Positions 1 through 13,199 of a stretch of DNA of 63,212 bases are shown piece after piece. The stretch is from assembly GCA_011109175.1 (NCBI GenBank), contig RDEW01000098.1, positions 18,715 through 81,926 of the forward strand, written 5' to 3'. Under the pieces are notes generated by a model, which was not told the origin of the DNA, did not search any database, and saw only the letters and a list, made by a program, of their open reading frames with translations. This DNA comes from Dicyema japonicum. Lineage: Eukaryota; Animalia; Dicyemida. The position numbers and the translations under genes were made by a program. How positions within the stretch are numbered: the first letter of the stretch is position 1; each line of letters starts with the position of its first letter.

Positions 1-1626
1 GACTTAACATCTGAAGCTACTGCTAAAGCCGGCCGTGCCTTGTTAACGTCTATCACCTTGCTGCTCACTCGAATAGTTAATGGTGATATTCCAAAATTTG
101 CTAGAGACCTTCTTTTTTGTGGACATCTATTGGCATTCCGAAATGGATATGGAGGGGTCCGCCCAATTGCGATCGGTACATATTTTCGAAGGCTTGCTGC
201 TAAAATCGCTGCCCGGAAAGTCTTCACAATGTTGCTGAAGAGCTGTTTCCGACTCAACATGAGGTGGGAGTGACCGGCGGTTGCGAGGCAGCAGTCCACG
301 CCGCGAGGAGGTTCTTCAATAACAATAATTCACAGATCCAAAGGCTAGGCCTGAAGCTTGATATGTCAAATGCCTTTAACAGGCTGAAGAGAGACTGTAT
401 TTTGGAAACCTGTTGGAAGAGAACTCCAGAAATTGACCGACTTTTACACTTATCGTATAGGACGGACTCAGCCTTAGTTTACGGAAACGATATCGTTTAT
501 TCACGCACAAACATTCAGCAGGGAGACCCTCTAGGGCCTTTGCTTTTTGCAATGACAATTGACACAATGGCACGAAGCATAAACTGTAAACTCAACCTGT
601 GGTACATAAACGACGCTACAATAGCTTGCCCATGGGTTTACGGAAACGATATCGTTTATTCACGCACAAACATTCAGCAAGGAGACCCTCTAGGGCCTTT
701 GCTTTTTACAATGACAATTGACACAATGGCACGAAGCATAAACTGTGAACTCAATTTGTGGTACTTATACGACGCTACAATATCTGGCCCATGGGAGAAC
801 GTATATCAGGATTTTTCTTTTACCATTCCAGCTCTAAACGAATTGGGTCTAAGTGTCAACGTTATGAAATCGAAACTGATCAATATTTCTTTCTCATTTC
901 CAAACTTTTCTACTGCCTGCGAAGAATTCAAATTCCAACTTCCAGCATATCCTCCTTGGACCAGGTACACTTCCTTGGCTGCCCTCTCGGAAACGACGAG
1001 CTGGAAAATTGCCTTACCAGTAAGAATAATGAAGTTGAAGCCTTTACAAAGAGAGTTTCATTTTTGGATCCACATGTGTCTTTCTTCTTGCACAAGAAAT
1101 GTATTTCCGTGTCGAAGATGATGTACATTTTGAGATGTTCACCATTTTTTGAACACCGGAATGCACTATTGTCGGCTGATGGGACTCTGAGACGATCGGC
1201 GGAGTCAATCTGAATGTCAAATTCGATGATCTGGGCTAGTATGTGCAAACAACCTGAGAAATGGGGCATTGTTGAGATCCCTCCTTGAAGCCGCCCTGCC
1301 TGCCTATTTTTTATTTCTTGCGAGCTGCAGTCGCTTGGCCCAAGCAGTTCTACGTAAACAACCAGACATACTTTGGTTTCGGAGCTTGACAGAGTTTGCA
1401 TGTTGTGGGGTGACTTGGACTTGGAATTCCCGTCGAACTTCGCTTGGCAGAAGAGTTGGGATTCAATCGCATGTATGAGCACTCTGGAGCCGCGAAGAAA
1501 AGCGCCAACCAACACCGACTAGCAAGCATTAAGTCGGCCGCACATCGCGGAAATGGAGTCTGGCTCGAGGCTTTACCTTGCCCACATCTGGAGACCCTCC
1601 TTGACGAAAACAGGTGGCACTGCGCC
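1..1626 (+). mobile_element. CRE-like RLE non-LTR retrotransposon, family A, degraded body (RT and thumb, ending just before the zinc knuckle)
   Basis: Frameshifted ORFs carry VRPIAIG..RRLAAK, GCEAAVHA, KLDMSNAFN and QQGDPLGPLLF. The catalytic motif is degenerate (YIND/YLYD). Homology stops at GGTGGCACTGCGCC. Confidence 0.85.
477..794 (+). repeat. In-frame 159-bp (53-codon) tandem duplication inside the RT
   Basis: VYGNDIVYSRTNIQQGDPLGPLLF..WY..DATI..PW occurs twice (477-635, 636-794). The paralog near 53270-53430 has one copy. Confidence 0.9.
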
Positions 1627-3252
1627 ATTTCCGGAATTATAATATTGATTAAATTTTAATTGAAATGACAGTTATGACAGCAGATGACAGCTGTCATAGG
1701 TAACGTCTGTGGCTCGGTAACTGCTATGGCTCGCGACACATGGAACAAAGGATGGAGGCATATAGCAAGTCGATCGTGTTTAAGACTTTCGAAAGTAATA
1801 AATCAATAGTGTCATATGATTAAGGTCATCTCAATGTCACACAAGTCCATCAAGAATAGCATGAAAAATGATTTTTTACATCCCCCATGGCACAGCGCAT
1901 CACTTGAGACCGGTGGATCACATGGATAACTATATAGATGTTTAAATTATAGTTTAAGGTTAAAGTTGATATGTTTTTATTAGGTCAGGCCAGTTTCAAT
2001 TATTTCTGCTCAAATTCTACTTGTTTGTCTACATTGGTATTCTTGGAGTATGTAGTGCCTCATGGCTTATGGAATTTCAATTTTGATCTTCTATAAGATT
2101 AATTCTCTAAGACCAAAAATTGTCCGCTTACCGATTTTCTGCTCAAATACTCCGTGGTAGAATATACATACTGAGAGTACTATTAAGACACTTTTAGAGA
2201 AGTGTCAACCACTCAACAAACTATTAAATCTTTATTAGCCAAACAAGATTATTCAGTTTAGGAGCAGACTAGACGTTTGACAGTCTTTCCACATTCATTA
2301 CTATATATTTCTTCTAATTGACAGGATGGATCATTTTGGGGTAATGTCGAATCTTCACATTCTTCATTTATTATTGCGGCTATTTTCTGAAATATAAACT
2401 AACCAATAGGCAGGAACACAATCAGTAAGAGAAATATCAACTTCATCAGCTAAATAGCGCAGTTAAGTAGTAAATACTTCGTAAATCGTTATTAAACCAA
2501 TCTAATATGAATTTCTATTGATTGAATTTTCTTCCTGGAAAACATTTATTCTTCAATCTGTCATGGAAAATACCGAAGGGATGAGAAAGAGCACGTGGTT
2601 GATCTAATGTAAACGACTCTTGTAGTGCGAGCTTACATGAAATGCGTGGATCCCATGGAGGAACTGAGCGAAGATGAAGTGGTTACTGAGACAACAAAGC
2701 TCACCTGTGGTTAATTGATCAAGAGGTTGACGTACCGATGGATGAGCCCTGTCTTCTTTTTTCGTGTGAGTATTACTATGTGAACCCCTCGGAGATATTG
2801 GAAACCCGAAATTTTGAACGATGGAATCGACGAATGCTCGTAGGATTTTTGTTAGATCCCGTCCAGACCAAAGTTGGATGAAAAAAAAGCTTTACTTTTA
2901 CGCAGAGCCATAGCTCCTGCTCAGGCAGGATACACTTTTTAAGTAGAGAACACTTATCACAACTAATCGTAGAGGAAGAACTAAGGAATGCTCTCGGACG
3001 ATACAGCAGAAAGTTCTAGCTAGGGGCCATATGCCTCTTGCCTGACATTCATTGAACAAACACAATAAGGATTGTATATTAACGTGTTTTGCCTAATAAG
3101 AACTCCAAAAGTACTATGTTTTACCAGAATAAAGCAGGTCTAAGAGAAAGCAGCAGAAAATCGATGATTATAAAAATTAACTAAAATGAATTAATGGAGT
3201 CCGTTCTACCTCCTCTTTGAACCAGACCGACCACGCTTGCAGGGTCTTAGTA

Positions 3253-5980
3253 CAGTATAACTTCCATTTGGGCATCCATCTGAAAAAATTACCCAAAAAA
3301 CAAAGGTTTCCCCAAAAATGGAGGTCAGACGTTTTCTTCACTTTTTATAAAAACTTTAATAGTTTTATCATTTGTTTATGTTGTCCAATTTAGTCGTGTC
3401 CGACCCTTGGAGATCTCATTAACGAGTTTCCTCTAATCTCCTCGATCCGTTGCAATTTGGAGTAGCCTTGATATAGGCATTTCCGTGACGTCTTCCACCG
3501 TGGATAACCATCGAGTCCTTGGTAGGCCAGGTCTTTTTCTCCCAGTAATATTGCTCAGCATAATGGTTCTTTCCAGTGAATCAGAGCGGACAACATGCCC
3601 AAAGAACTCCAATCTGTGTTTACGAATCTTCCCTCTAGCGAAATGTCAGTCTCTACCCGTTTGAGTACATTGATAGTTGTTACTTTGGAGGTCCAAGGGA
3701 TTCTTAGTAACCTCCTATAGCACCACAGCTCAAAAGCATTAATTCTTCGCTTATCCGCCTTTTTCAATGTTCATAATTCTGCGCCGTACAAAAAAACCGG
3801 GAGCACAATTGCTTTAACTAATCTGCATTTGGTCCTTAAGGAGATATCTTTATTTTTCCAAATTCTATTCATTCTCTGGAAGGTGTCTCGTCCCATGGCA
3901 ATTCGCCTCTTGATTTCTAGGCCTCCGTCACCATTCCGATTAATTAGACATCCCAGAAAAAACAACATTATCACAACTCTCTATTTTCTCATTCCCAATT
4001 TTTAGTTCTATTATTCCATTATTAGCAGTAGTCATAATTTTGGTCTTCTTGATGTTTAGCAATAAACCAAAGACGGCGCTCTTCTCTGAATCTTAGAATC
4101 AACTCCCTGAGGCCATTTTCTGTTTCAGCCAGTAAGGTTGTATCGTCAGCATAGCGCAAATTATTGATGTTCCTGCCTCCAATTTTAATCCCGTTATTTG
4201 ATACAATATCCAATTTAGTCATAATCATTTCGGCATAAATATTGAATAGGATGGGAGCTAATAAGAATCCTTGTCTTACTCCTTTACAAATTTTGAACCA
4301 ATCGGTATTGGCCGATGAAGCACAAGTATACACTCTTTTGGGATTCATGGGCTTTCTCCATAATCCACCGGACATTTGCTATATGGTCACGTGTGCCTCG
4401 TCTCTTCCTGAATCCTGCTTAGACATCCGGTAGAATTATTTCGGCATTTTGGTATTAGACGATGTTGTATTATTTTAGAAGTATTTTGCTGACGTGTGGA
4501 ATTAAAGCTATTGTACGATAGTTTGAACAGTCCTTGCTATCCCCTTTTTTCGGTATTGGAATAAATATAGATCTTTTCCACTCACGTGGCCAAATACCAG
4601 TTTCCCAAATTTTTTGACATAGACTGGTGATAGCTGTCACCGGTATAGCCTTTAACAATTCGCTTGAGTTGTTGTCAATCCCGGTGCCTTGTTCCCCGTT
4701 AATTGCCGTGTAGCCCACACGCATTCCTCTCAAGGATTTTATGCCCCTCACTCGACGTTGCTTCATCAACTCATATTGGTGGGCACACAGTTTCTGAATA
4801 TAGCCGCTCCGTATATTTATCATATTTTCTATTAATTTTATTAATAAGTAATGTATGAACATTTAAGCATGTTACCCATTAATTTTATTGATAACTAATG
4901 TATTTTTTTAAACAGAAATTTTTTTATTCTATTACACAAAAATAATCTGTTATTTAGTTTCCTGTTGCAGATTTCTTCATATGTTAGCCAATATTTTTCT
5001 GAAATTGTGATAATCTTTTAGCGCACCGAGAAACAAACGGTGAATAATTTCCTCAAGTAACAAAACAATTTTTCTTTTTTGCTTAATCATCTGTAGTGAT
5101 TAGCCAAGTAAGAAATATTTCTGATGTCATCCAAGAATTTTTGGATTATGAATAGAAAACTAAGAATCGTGACTTTTTGCTTGCTTCTTTTAATGCTGAA
5201 ACAGTCTTCACTTATAAATGATTTTGACGGTATCCTTTTAATAAATAATCGAGTCTCGTAGCAATTAAAAATATTTTGAAGTCCATATTCTTTTACGTAT
5301 TCATCATACTTGGCAAAAGCACACCAACGAAAAAACATCGGAAGAGTTTTTTCTCCACTAATTGTCTTAAATGACAACTCATGTCTATTGTTAAATTTTT
5401 CATACCAGCCATTGGACCCTTTGAACGACGAATAATCCTTGCTACTTTAGAGGCAATATTTTTTAAAGAAAGCCGGACACAGAAATAAATTCCTCCCTTG
5501 TCTTGGTAAAAGCCTCAAAAACGATTTTATCCATTTTTTAGATAAAGTATTAGGAGAGCATTTTGAACAGTTCCAGTATTAAAAAAATTAGATAATTTTT
5601 TATACGTGACACAGTGCCTAAAAACTGAAATTACTAAACAACCTTTTCTAATTTTATATTTATTTACAATATCTCGTTCAGTAAGATGTTCATTTTCACT
5701 TATTTCCTTAGCAAATTTAACCCTTAACTCAATACTAAGCTTACGAGCCATAACCACAAGAATGCAAAAATTACACGAGGCTTCAAAATAAAATTTTAAA
5801 TAATTAATTTTAATATTAATTGCAAATATGTATAAAATTTAAAATTCCAGTGCCTTACTTAGAGTTCCTATAATTTAAAAATTTGGAAAATATTGCATAA
5901 AAATTATCTTATTTTTTAAACTACCTAAAAAACAGAGGTTTCTCCAAATCAGAGGTTTGCCCCAAATGTAAGTCATACTG
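3253..5980 (-). mobile_element. pogo/Tigger-like DNA transposon (degraded), interrupted by an RTE
   Basis: TA-flanked imperfect TIRs (CAGTATAACTTCCATTTGGGC / rc CAGTATGACTTACATTTGGGG). Minus-strand HTH (ORF 5527-5757) and DDE-like segment NIFNCYETRLF (ORF 5087-5377). Confidence 0.8.
3385..4735 (-). mobile_element. RTE-clade LINE, 5'-truncated and degraded
   Basis: WPREWKRSIFIPIPKKGD..CSNYRTIALI, GVRQG..LAPILFNIY, LRYADD, LYGAE, RRINAFELWCYRR, and a BovB-like 3' end GTCGGACACGACT. Confidence 0.9.
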
Positions 5981-7230
5981 TAGTAAGTTTCGATCGGCTG
6001 AGTTATATTTTCTCAATTCTTTCGCTCAAGCTCTTAAGAGAACAACTCCCCAATACCATGTCTTGTCAATAACTCAATATCGATATCATTTATTGTGATT
6101 GTCCGATGCGACTAATGCGAATTTATGTTCTACCAGCTTGCTCTCTAGTTTTGAATATATGCTGCTATAGAATCACTTTGAGTGTGTTGTGCTTACGTAA
6201 CTTGCATATACCATTACAGGTTAGCACTAGGAGTACTATATTTACTTTACTTCGACTCGTTTTAATACCTATTGTTACTTGATCTCTATAACCAGTCCAA
6301 GAAAATCTATAAAACCAGCAAATAGCATATTGGTTAGTCTAGTCGCTCTAGTCGGGATTAGCTGTAAGTTCGATTCCTACACAGCTACCTAATTGTCGGA
6401 GGATTCTATTCTAATCTTTGATTTCGCCAAATCCTAAAGGTATTAAGTGATCAACTTTTTCAGGAGACGTCCAGTTCCTCGTCGACATCGAATATGGATG
6501 GACTTGTTATTTGGAAAGAACTCGTCTTACTTCGACCGTGGGAACTGGAATACTTTAAATGGAAGTTCATATCTTTCAGGTATATCCGGGTTATTAGATA
6601 AAACTAAATAACCATTAGTCTGTTTTTTAAGATAAATGTTTAATTATCGCCTAATAAATAGCACCAACCATAATTTTTATCCTGGAATCCTAAGCAAATC
6701 AACTTTCTTTGTAAAAACTTCTCTTAAACTGAAATTCTTTTATTTGATGTTCCATTTGTTCTTTATTCCAGAAACGTTAAGGGAGACATACGAAGGCGAT
6801 GTATACTCATTAAAGAACAATGTCATCGACTTTCAAGATCCATCAGGTTCAATTCTCTAGCACGGTTCGTGTCGCCTCTTCATGACTTTGATGTCTCACA
6901 TGGGTGGGGTCTGGTTTAAAAGCAGACAAATTGATTAGACGGACTTAATTCTTACAATCTTTTGTAGTCTACACGAAATAGAGATCCATTATCTCAGATT
7001 GTATATTTAGGTTAATCACATGAATTTATTCCAGTTTTGTGTAGTTTCACTAAAGGATGAGTCATACAAAATGACTAAATTAACGATAAAGCGATCAAAA
7101 TGTTAAATATCACACCAATTAACGAATTACCTACCATATGCTAAGCGAATCAGTGGAGAAACCATCAGAGTCCGCTTTATATGGAATTTTAGGGGGCGAA
7201 AAATTCGGTGGAGAGCTCGATTTTCATAAT

Positions 7231-7674
7231 CTAAAATGATGTGAAATGCCCAATACAGTTAACTAAGTCTACTGACATATTCTTTGGCAATTTTTTTAAT
7301 TTGAAATTCAATGATTTTTTCCGATGTTCCAATGCGGGTGACCACGGTAGCTTTTTCATAGAAGAACTCAATTCTGATAAGGTTTGGTAATCTGAATCGT
7401 ATTCGTTACTCGAATTATTTTTTGTTGATGCAAATCTTCCAAATTTTTGAGTGTCTTGAGAAATAGTCTGCTGTAGTGTTTCAGGCTCCATAGATGCTTC
7501 GATTATAGAAATTTGGGAGTGTGGTCTCAAAACATTTGCTTCGCCCGATAGGCACTCATTTGTTTCAAAAGGAGATCTTGATCTGGTCGAAACTGGTTCA
7601 AGTGCAGACATTTCGTTAAATTTCTTTATTAATTTTGAAACTCTTGAGTCTTCAATGTTAAGAATTTCACTCAT
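7231..7674 (-). CDS. Orphan protein, member 1 of the V-x-x-L-I-x-x-F family (147 aa)
   Basis: Open ATG ORF. Shares SRVSKLIKKFNEM and KLPWSPALEHRKK with the ORF at 9415-10035. Confidence 0.65.
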   Translation of the reverse strand: MSEILNIEDSRVSKLIKKFNEMSALEPVSTRSRSPFETNECLSGEANVLRPHSQISIIEASMEPETLQQTISQDTQKFGRFASTKNNSSNEYDSDYQTLSELSSSMKKLPWSPALEHRKKSLNFKLKKLPKNMSVDLVNCIGHFTSF

Positions 7675-9414
7675 TTCTAAATGTCTAATATAGGGTTAGG
7701 GTCATATACCTTCTTTCTCCAGCTTCAATTTTCAAAATTATGCCGTATTTGACTTAATATCGAATTATTCTTAATATTTCGGAGAAATTTGACAGAAAAT
7801 TTCCTGGTTTTATTAGAGTATTTAAACACTGATTCAAGAATTTTATAAAATTTTTAATATGAGTCCCTTCTATAAACAAATAATAAGAGGACAGATTGGT
7901 GAACGATCTCTGAGTCTCTTTTGTGGACAAGTATTGACTTTGCAGCTGAAATTAATCATTGGATTCATATTTTGGTGAAAAATGGGGATGACAAAAAACC
8001 AGTTCTATTCCTCGTAAGTAGAAGATGATGTAAAGAAAGATACTGGAGTAGAAATGGATAAGTATTTAATAAAAAGTTCACCGGCCTTCACTTGTTAAGC
8101 CTAGTGAACCGTTTATAAATCGAGCCTTTATATTTCTCAGCTTGGGGAATCTTATCTCCCAATAAATTTATAAGGGAGTGGCGATCTCACTTCAAATTGT
8201 CATCCAAACAGTAAGGATGATGTATACGGAAGATATCCCGTACAAATTAATGTTAAAGTCACAGGAAGACATGGATAACAACGACCAGTAGCATATCCAC
8301 AAATGTTATCATTGGAGATATGGTTGATATTGGAACGAGTTCTTGGAATTATGTAGTACGTTCAGGATATTTTGGTACTGTAATCGGATACAATAAAGTT
8401 TATGAAACATTATTTTGCTTAAAAAACAAAGATTAACATTATTATTTAATCGCATTAAAATGACTTCACAATTTGTGTGATTTGGATCTTTTGACAGAAC
8501 GTAGAGTCTGATGACATCGGATCGTACAGTAGTGGTCTTCAATCAAAAAGATGGACTTTTAGGCAAAAGTCAGTTCCCGTCAAACAGATCTCATTCGTGA
8601 GGCACGAGCCCTTCTGGCATGCAACAGTTGTTGAACAGGATCTTCTTAACTTCTTCATAAGAAAATCTACTGGTAAAAACTCTACTTATGAATGAAGTGA
8701 TGTCCGCTATGATATAACGTGTGATGAAGATGAAAGAGGATTGACTGAATTTTCCACCTCTTTCATATCGGAAGGCTCATTCGTCTTCGAAACTTAAGGG
8801 GAGGTTGGATGAATTAGTAGAGGAATCATCAATGAAATCGAATTGCGATTTTAATGCGTTTCATGGAGAGGACACAGGGCCATCAGGTGATCTTGAAATC
8901 CTTAAACAACCTCCTTACTATTGCTCGCTGTCCGACCCAAGATCCAACACACTTCTTCTATGCTCGTGTTACTTACAAAAATAATGGATGTGCCAATTTG
9001 GACTCCCATTTATCTTCAGTCTCCTTAATTTTCATTAAGTTCATTAACCTGGATACTCCGAGAAATGACTAAATACTTAACGACTACTTAAAGAGACTTA
9101 CTAACATCACACAAGCTCATCCATAACCAGGTATGGAAACCTCTTCGGAGGAGTGAGGGGAACAAATGATCTTTTTTCTTGACACCCTGTAATTGAGACA
9201 GGTAGATAGTATAAAGACGTCATTCTAATAGAACGATAGAAGGAACAGAGGAAACGGGGAGAAACCTTTATCCAAGTAGCAAGTGTGGAAATCAAGCCCA
9301 ATGATATGTCTTTCTAATCACTAAACTACTTTTTTTAAATTTAAAATTAAAAAAAATTTTTTCGTTGATTAAATTCAATGTTTTTATTCACAAAAAAATA
9401 ACAAGATGAGTGTT

Positions 9415-10035
9415 TCACATAATCGGAGTCAAGTCATTAGCATTCTTTACGGATAATCTTGATAATTTTTTGTGAGTCGGTAAAGCTCGCAACAACGGAA
9501 GAATATCCACAGACTTCGATTGTAAGTATGATAATTTTTTTCGCTGCTGTAAAATTGGAGACCACGGTAATTTATCCATTATTGAAATACACTCATATAA
9601 ATCAAACACGTCTGATAAGTCCATGCGAGAAGATAGAATCGAGGACCACAGACAATTACTCATGGAACTTTTTTTGGGGAAAGTAAATATTTGCCACAAT
9701 CTGTTGCCATAAGAGACTGACTCGGATTTTAAAGATTTTGTTCTCTTGTCGAGTATTGGGGAATATTGTGTTGGCCCCTTCAATATTTTTTCTAATTTCT
9801 GCGATGATTTTTTCGATTGCTGTGTCATTTCAAAAGTTGAAGTTGATTTTGGTTTCTTAAATTTTTCTGAAAGTTGGAATTTCAATCTCAGAAGTTGATT
9901 GTGTTGGATTTCACTTTTTCCTAGCGTTTCGGTTGGTTTGAATGGCACTGACAATTCTTTGGATAATTTGTTAAATAATTTTATTAATTTTAAAACTTTT
10001 GTTTCATACGTGTCACTTCGAATATCTCCCTCCAT
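9415..10035 (-). CDS. Orphan protein, member 2 (206 aa)
   Basis: Open ATG ORF with TKVLKLIKLFNKL, QYSPILDKRTK and KLPWSPILQQRKK. Confidence 0.7.
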   Translation of the reverse strand: MEGDIRSDTYETKVLKLIKLFNKLSKELSVPFKPTETLGKSEIQHNQLLRLKFQLSEKFKKPKSTSTFEMTQQSKKSSQKLEKILKGPTQYSPILDKRTKSLKSESVSYGNRLWQIFTFPKKSSMSNCLWSSILSSRMDLSDVFDLYECISIMDKLPWSPILQQRKKLSYLQSKSVDILPLLRALPTHKKLSRLSVKNANDLTPIM

Positions 10036-10547
10036 TTATGTATTATTCTGTATTTTCCAAATTTTCCGCAAATTCGACATAAATAGGGAACATTCATGCG
10101 TGCATTTATTTGCATTTTTCATGGAAAATCGATTGTTTCCTGAAGTAACAATTTTCGTATCATTGAGTGGAGAACTAAAGTTCGCTCAGGATTACCAGTG
10201 GATGTTGTGATGGAAGTATTTTTAAGTCGTTAAACTTACAATTGTTCCCCAAGGAGACGCACAGTGCTTGGCGGAGTAGGATAAAGATCTCGACTTTTCC
10301 TACTCCAGTAGAGGGCTCCCTAAGATGGCGGGTATGGATGGATATGATGCTAGAAAAAGATGCGTCTCAGTCTGACCGTGGAAAATAGGAAGACAAAACG
10401 ATAAGAGTTATCGTTTAATTATGCAATCCCAGTGTCCGTGCAGCGATTCCACCGACTATTTGCCTTGGAACCGTAGATTAATCATTAGGGAGGAAATAAT
10501 AAGACATTTTTTAAGATATTAAAAAAATTTTTTTAATAAAATTAAAC

Positions 10548-10727
10548 GGCTGAGTTCTTTGAGAACTCGGAGGATTGCTTTCCAGAAAGAAAAGGGATCA
10601 ACGAGAAGGGTTATGGCTAAGACAAAAGATTGGAATAGCCATACTCCGAGGGAATTCGTTCGCAATCCACGCAGCAGGCTTCCTCAACTGACATTTGTTT
10701 AATTGTTAAAAAAATTTTTGTTAAAAA
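10548..10727 (+). mobile_element. Short 3'-end copy of CRE family B with TSD
   Basis: Matches 30270-30420. Flanked by the direct repeat AATAAAATTAAAC (10535-10547, 10728-10740). Confidence 0.8.
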
Positions 10728-11149
10728 AATAAAATTAAACCACTCTTATCATATCTTTTAATAACATAATTTTCAATATCTCCCTTTACAGAAGTAGAAC
10801 TGATCTTTTTAAAATCTGCATAACGTTCTTTGATTAAATAACGTGAGTTATGCAATTTTTTTGAAATTAGATTTTAACCATTGATATTTCATAATTTTAG
10901 AGTTTATGAAGGCAAATTTCCATTCATTATTGATTGCTTCACATTGGCAACAATAATCCACCCTCTTCAAAATTGTTACTGTGTCTTTTATTGCAAGGAG
11001 ATTTTCGGAATAATAAATGCTAAGAAACTACCCATCTGAGAAAATTACATATGGAGGTAATTTAATACAATCCCTAATTATAAGCCCTAACACTATCTTC
11101 AAACCCTAACCTTTATCCCTAAACCTAAAAAATGTCATAAAATCTATCC

Positions 11150-11832
11150 ACTTAAAATAAACACCTTTTTTCGTTGATTGATTGTAATCACAATCCATTC
11201 GTAGAATAACTCTATCTCCTATATTCATTGATTCTTCATCATTTTCCATCTTTTCTTTCGCATTTTTTCTGCAGCTATCAAAGTATGCCTTTGAACAAAA
11301 TCCCTTGACAAAGATAAGCCTTCTTCTTCATACTGTGGTAATCTATTTAAACGTTCAACCGATATTTGTGGCGGATGATCCACTCCAATTAAAAATCTTG
11401 AATGGAGCTTGTTGGTGCTCTCATGATTGGTAATATTGTGACTGAATACAATATCTCCCAGACTGGATTGATATTTCCCCAGATTTCCTTCAGTAGAAGA
11501 AGCGGATGATAACCGTTTTTTTAAGAGATTGATTTAACCTATACATTATTATATAAATGATAACTCTCTACCTGGCCTAGAACCAACGGTGCTCTTGTTC
11601 TTCTAAAATATGTTTAACATTTAGCCTGTCACAAATTTATTTGAGAAAAGAGTTTCTGAACTCCAGACCATTGTCTGTTTGAAGTATAATAGTGATCCAT
11701 GGGTGTAAAAAAATTTCTGGAAAATCTGAGATATTTGCACTTCCTGGAAAGCGACGCATCAAGAAATCCATTTTCTAGATATTCAATTATCTGACGCAAC
11801 GTATCCATGTTCAGCTTTAAACTTAATACCAT
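11150..11832 (-). mobile_element. Degraded integrase-type (Ginger/Gypsy-like) transposase relic
   Basis: N-terminal IIEYLENGF..SLSRK..LRFSRNFF segment, followed by fragmentary integrase-like stretches. Recognised by eye only. Confidence 0.4.
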
Positions 11833-12029
11833 GTGCAGTAATAAAATTATTTTTTTTAAATTTAAATATTAATAAAGTTTTTTTGTTAATTAAAAATAAT
11901 AAAAAATCATTAAAATGACACTCTATTCATATTGACTAAATTTTTGATACTTTATGTTTAAAATATTAACGATTTAACTAAAAATTACATTATTCAACTC
12001 AGAAAAATCTGAATTAGTTAGTTTGAGCA

Positions 12030-13010
12030 CATTCGTGTTACCAGTAAGCACTGTTAATGGTTTTGTTTGTGCCATGTTTTCGATTATACTTTCGATTAGT
12101 CTTTTCCATTTTTTCGATGTCGTGCTCATTTCCTGATTTCGTCCAGATCGTCCGCATCTATCTGTCGGCCCCCGATCACTGCGTAATCCTTTGCAAGTGT
12201 CCTAGGAAGACAAGTTCTTGGAAGTCCACTGAATGCAGGAGATACAGTATGCCGAAAAATTCTTCCATGGCCGCATTGCATGGTGTCTGTTTAACCATCC
12301 GTAGAATATGTCCAAAAAAGCGCCAGCAGGATTCAAGTACGTTCAGGCATGTTGGTCCACAATCAGTCAGTCTGTATAATTTATTGTTTGAGATTTTCTT
12401 TGGCCAAGAGTATCCAAGGAGTTTTTTTAGTTGGCCTCTGTGAAACGAGTCAATTTGTTCCATATCTTTCTTTGATGTCAAGTTGTTCCATATCCCAAGT
12501 ACCAGCGTTGTACATGAGGACTGGTCGGACAAATCATTATATAAGCGTAATCGCATCTTAGAAGGAATTTGATTCTTTCTCATCAGAATGGATTGTAATT
12601 TTTTAAGTGCTATTGTGGCCAATATCTTTCGTTGTGTTATATCTTCTGAATCGCAAATTAACGATCCGAGTTTTCGGGTGTTCCATCACTTCTCAACGCG
12701 GGTTGGCGTTCTTTCAATGGTGGTTATTTCAGATTTGTCTTCATTTACTTTAATGGGGCCACTTACTCAAAGTTGTTTTGGCTTCCTCCATTATATAGTC
12801 TATAAATTCCCGATCTTCTGGGACAAAATCGACGTCATCCGCGTAAAAGAACCTCGACAGATTATCGGGAGCGGATTTTAGTGATTCCCCCGAGACTCCA
12901 TCACATCCTGCAGCTCTGTTATTGTTCATATAGTGGAATGCTTCTAGGACCTCCGAATGTGTTATTTCGTTTGACAAGCTCCACGGATATTCAAAAATAT
13001 GGGTCTATAG
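12030..13010 (-). mobile_element. RTE-like LINE with internal deletion
   Basis: NRAAGCDG..GESLK is joined directly to FYADDVD, then RLRLYN, IDSFHR.QL, WRFFGHILR. The 3' end matches 38600-38895 and 57905-57965. Confidence 0.85.
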
Positions 13011-13199
13011 GCTAATTTAAGTGAAACGGTTTGTTTTGATGAATTTGACAATTTTGTATTTTTTTGAGCCAACTTCATAGACACTTACGGTCAAAACCAA
13101 GTTGTCTAGATGCTTCTCCAATGTTTCCTTTGCACTCTAACAATTTTTTTAATGCGGAAAGTTTTTCTTATAATTTTTTAATTTATTTAACAAATAATG

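Larger units (their letters stand above)
1..2875. repeat. Segmental duplication, paralogous to about 52795-55405
   Basis: Colinear similarity runs through the CRE body, the identical CRE/flank junction and about 1.2 kb of flank. Confidence 0.85.

Noticed and set aside
6335-6390. tRNA-like GTTCGATTCC
   Set aside because: The T-stem is mismatched, and no D-arm or anticodon arm could be built.
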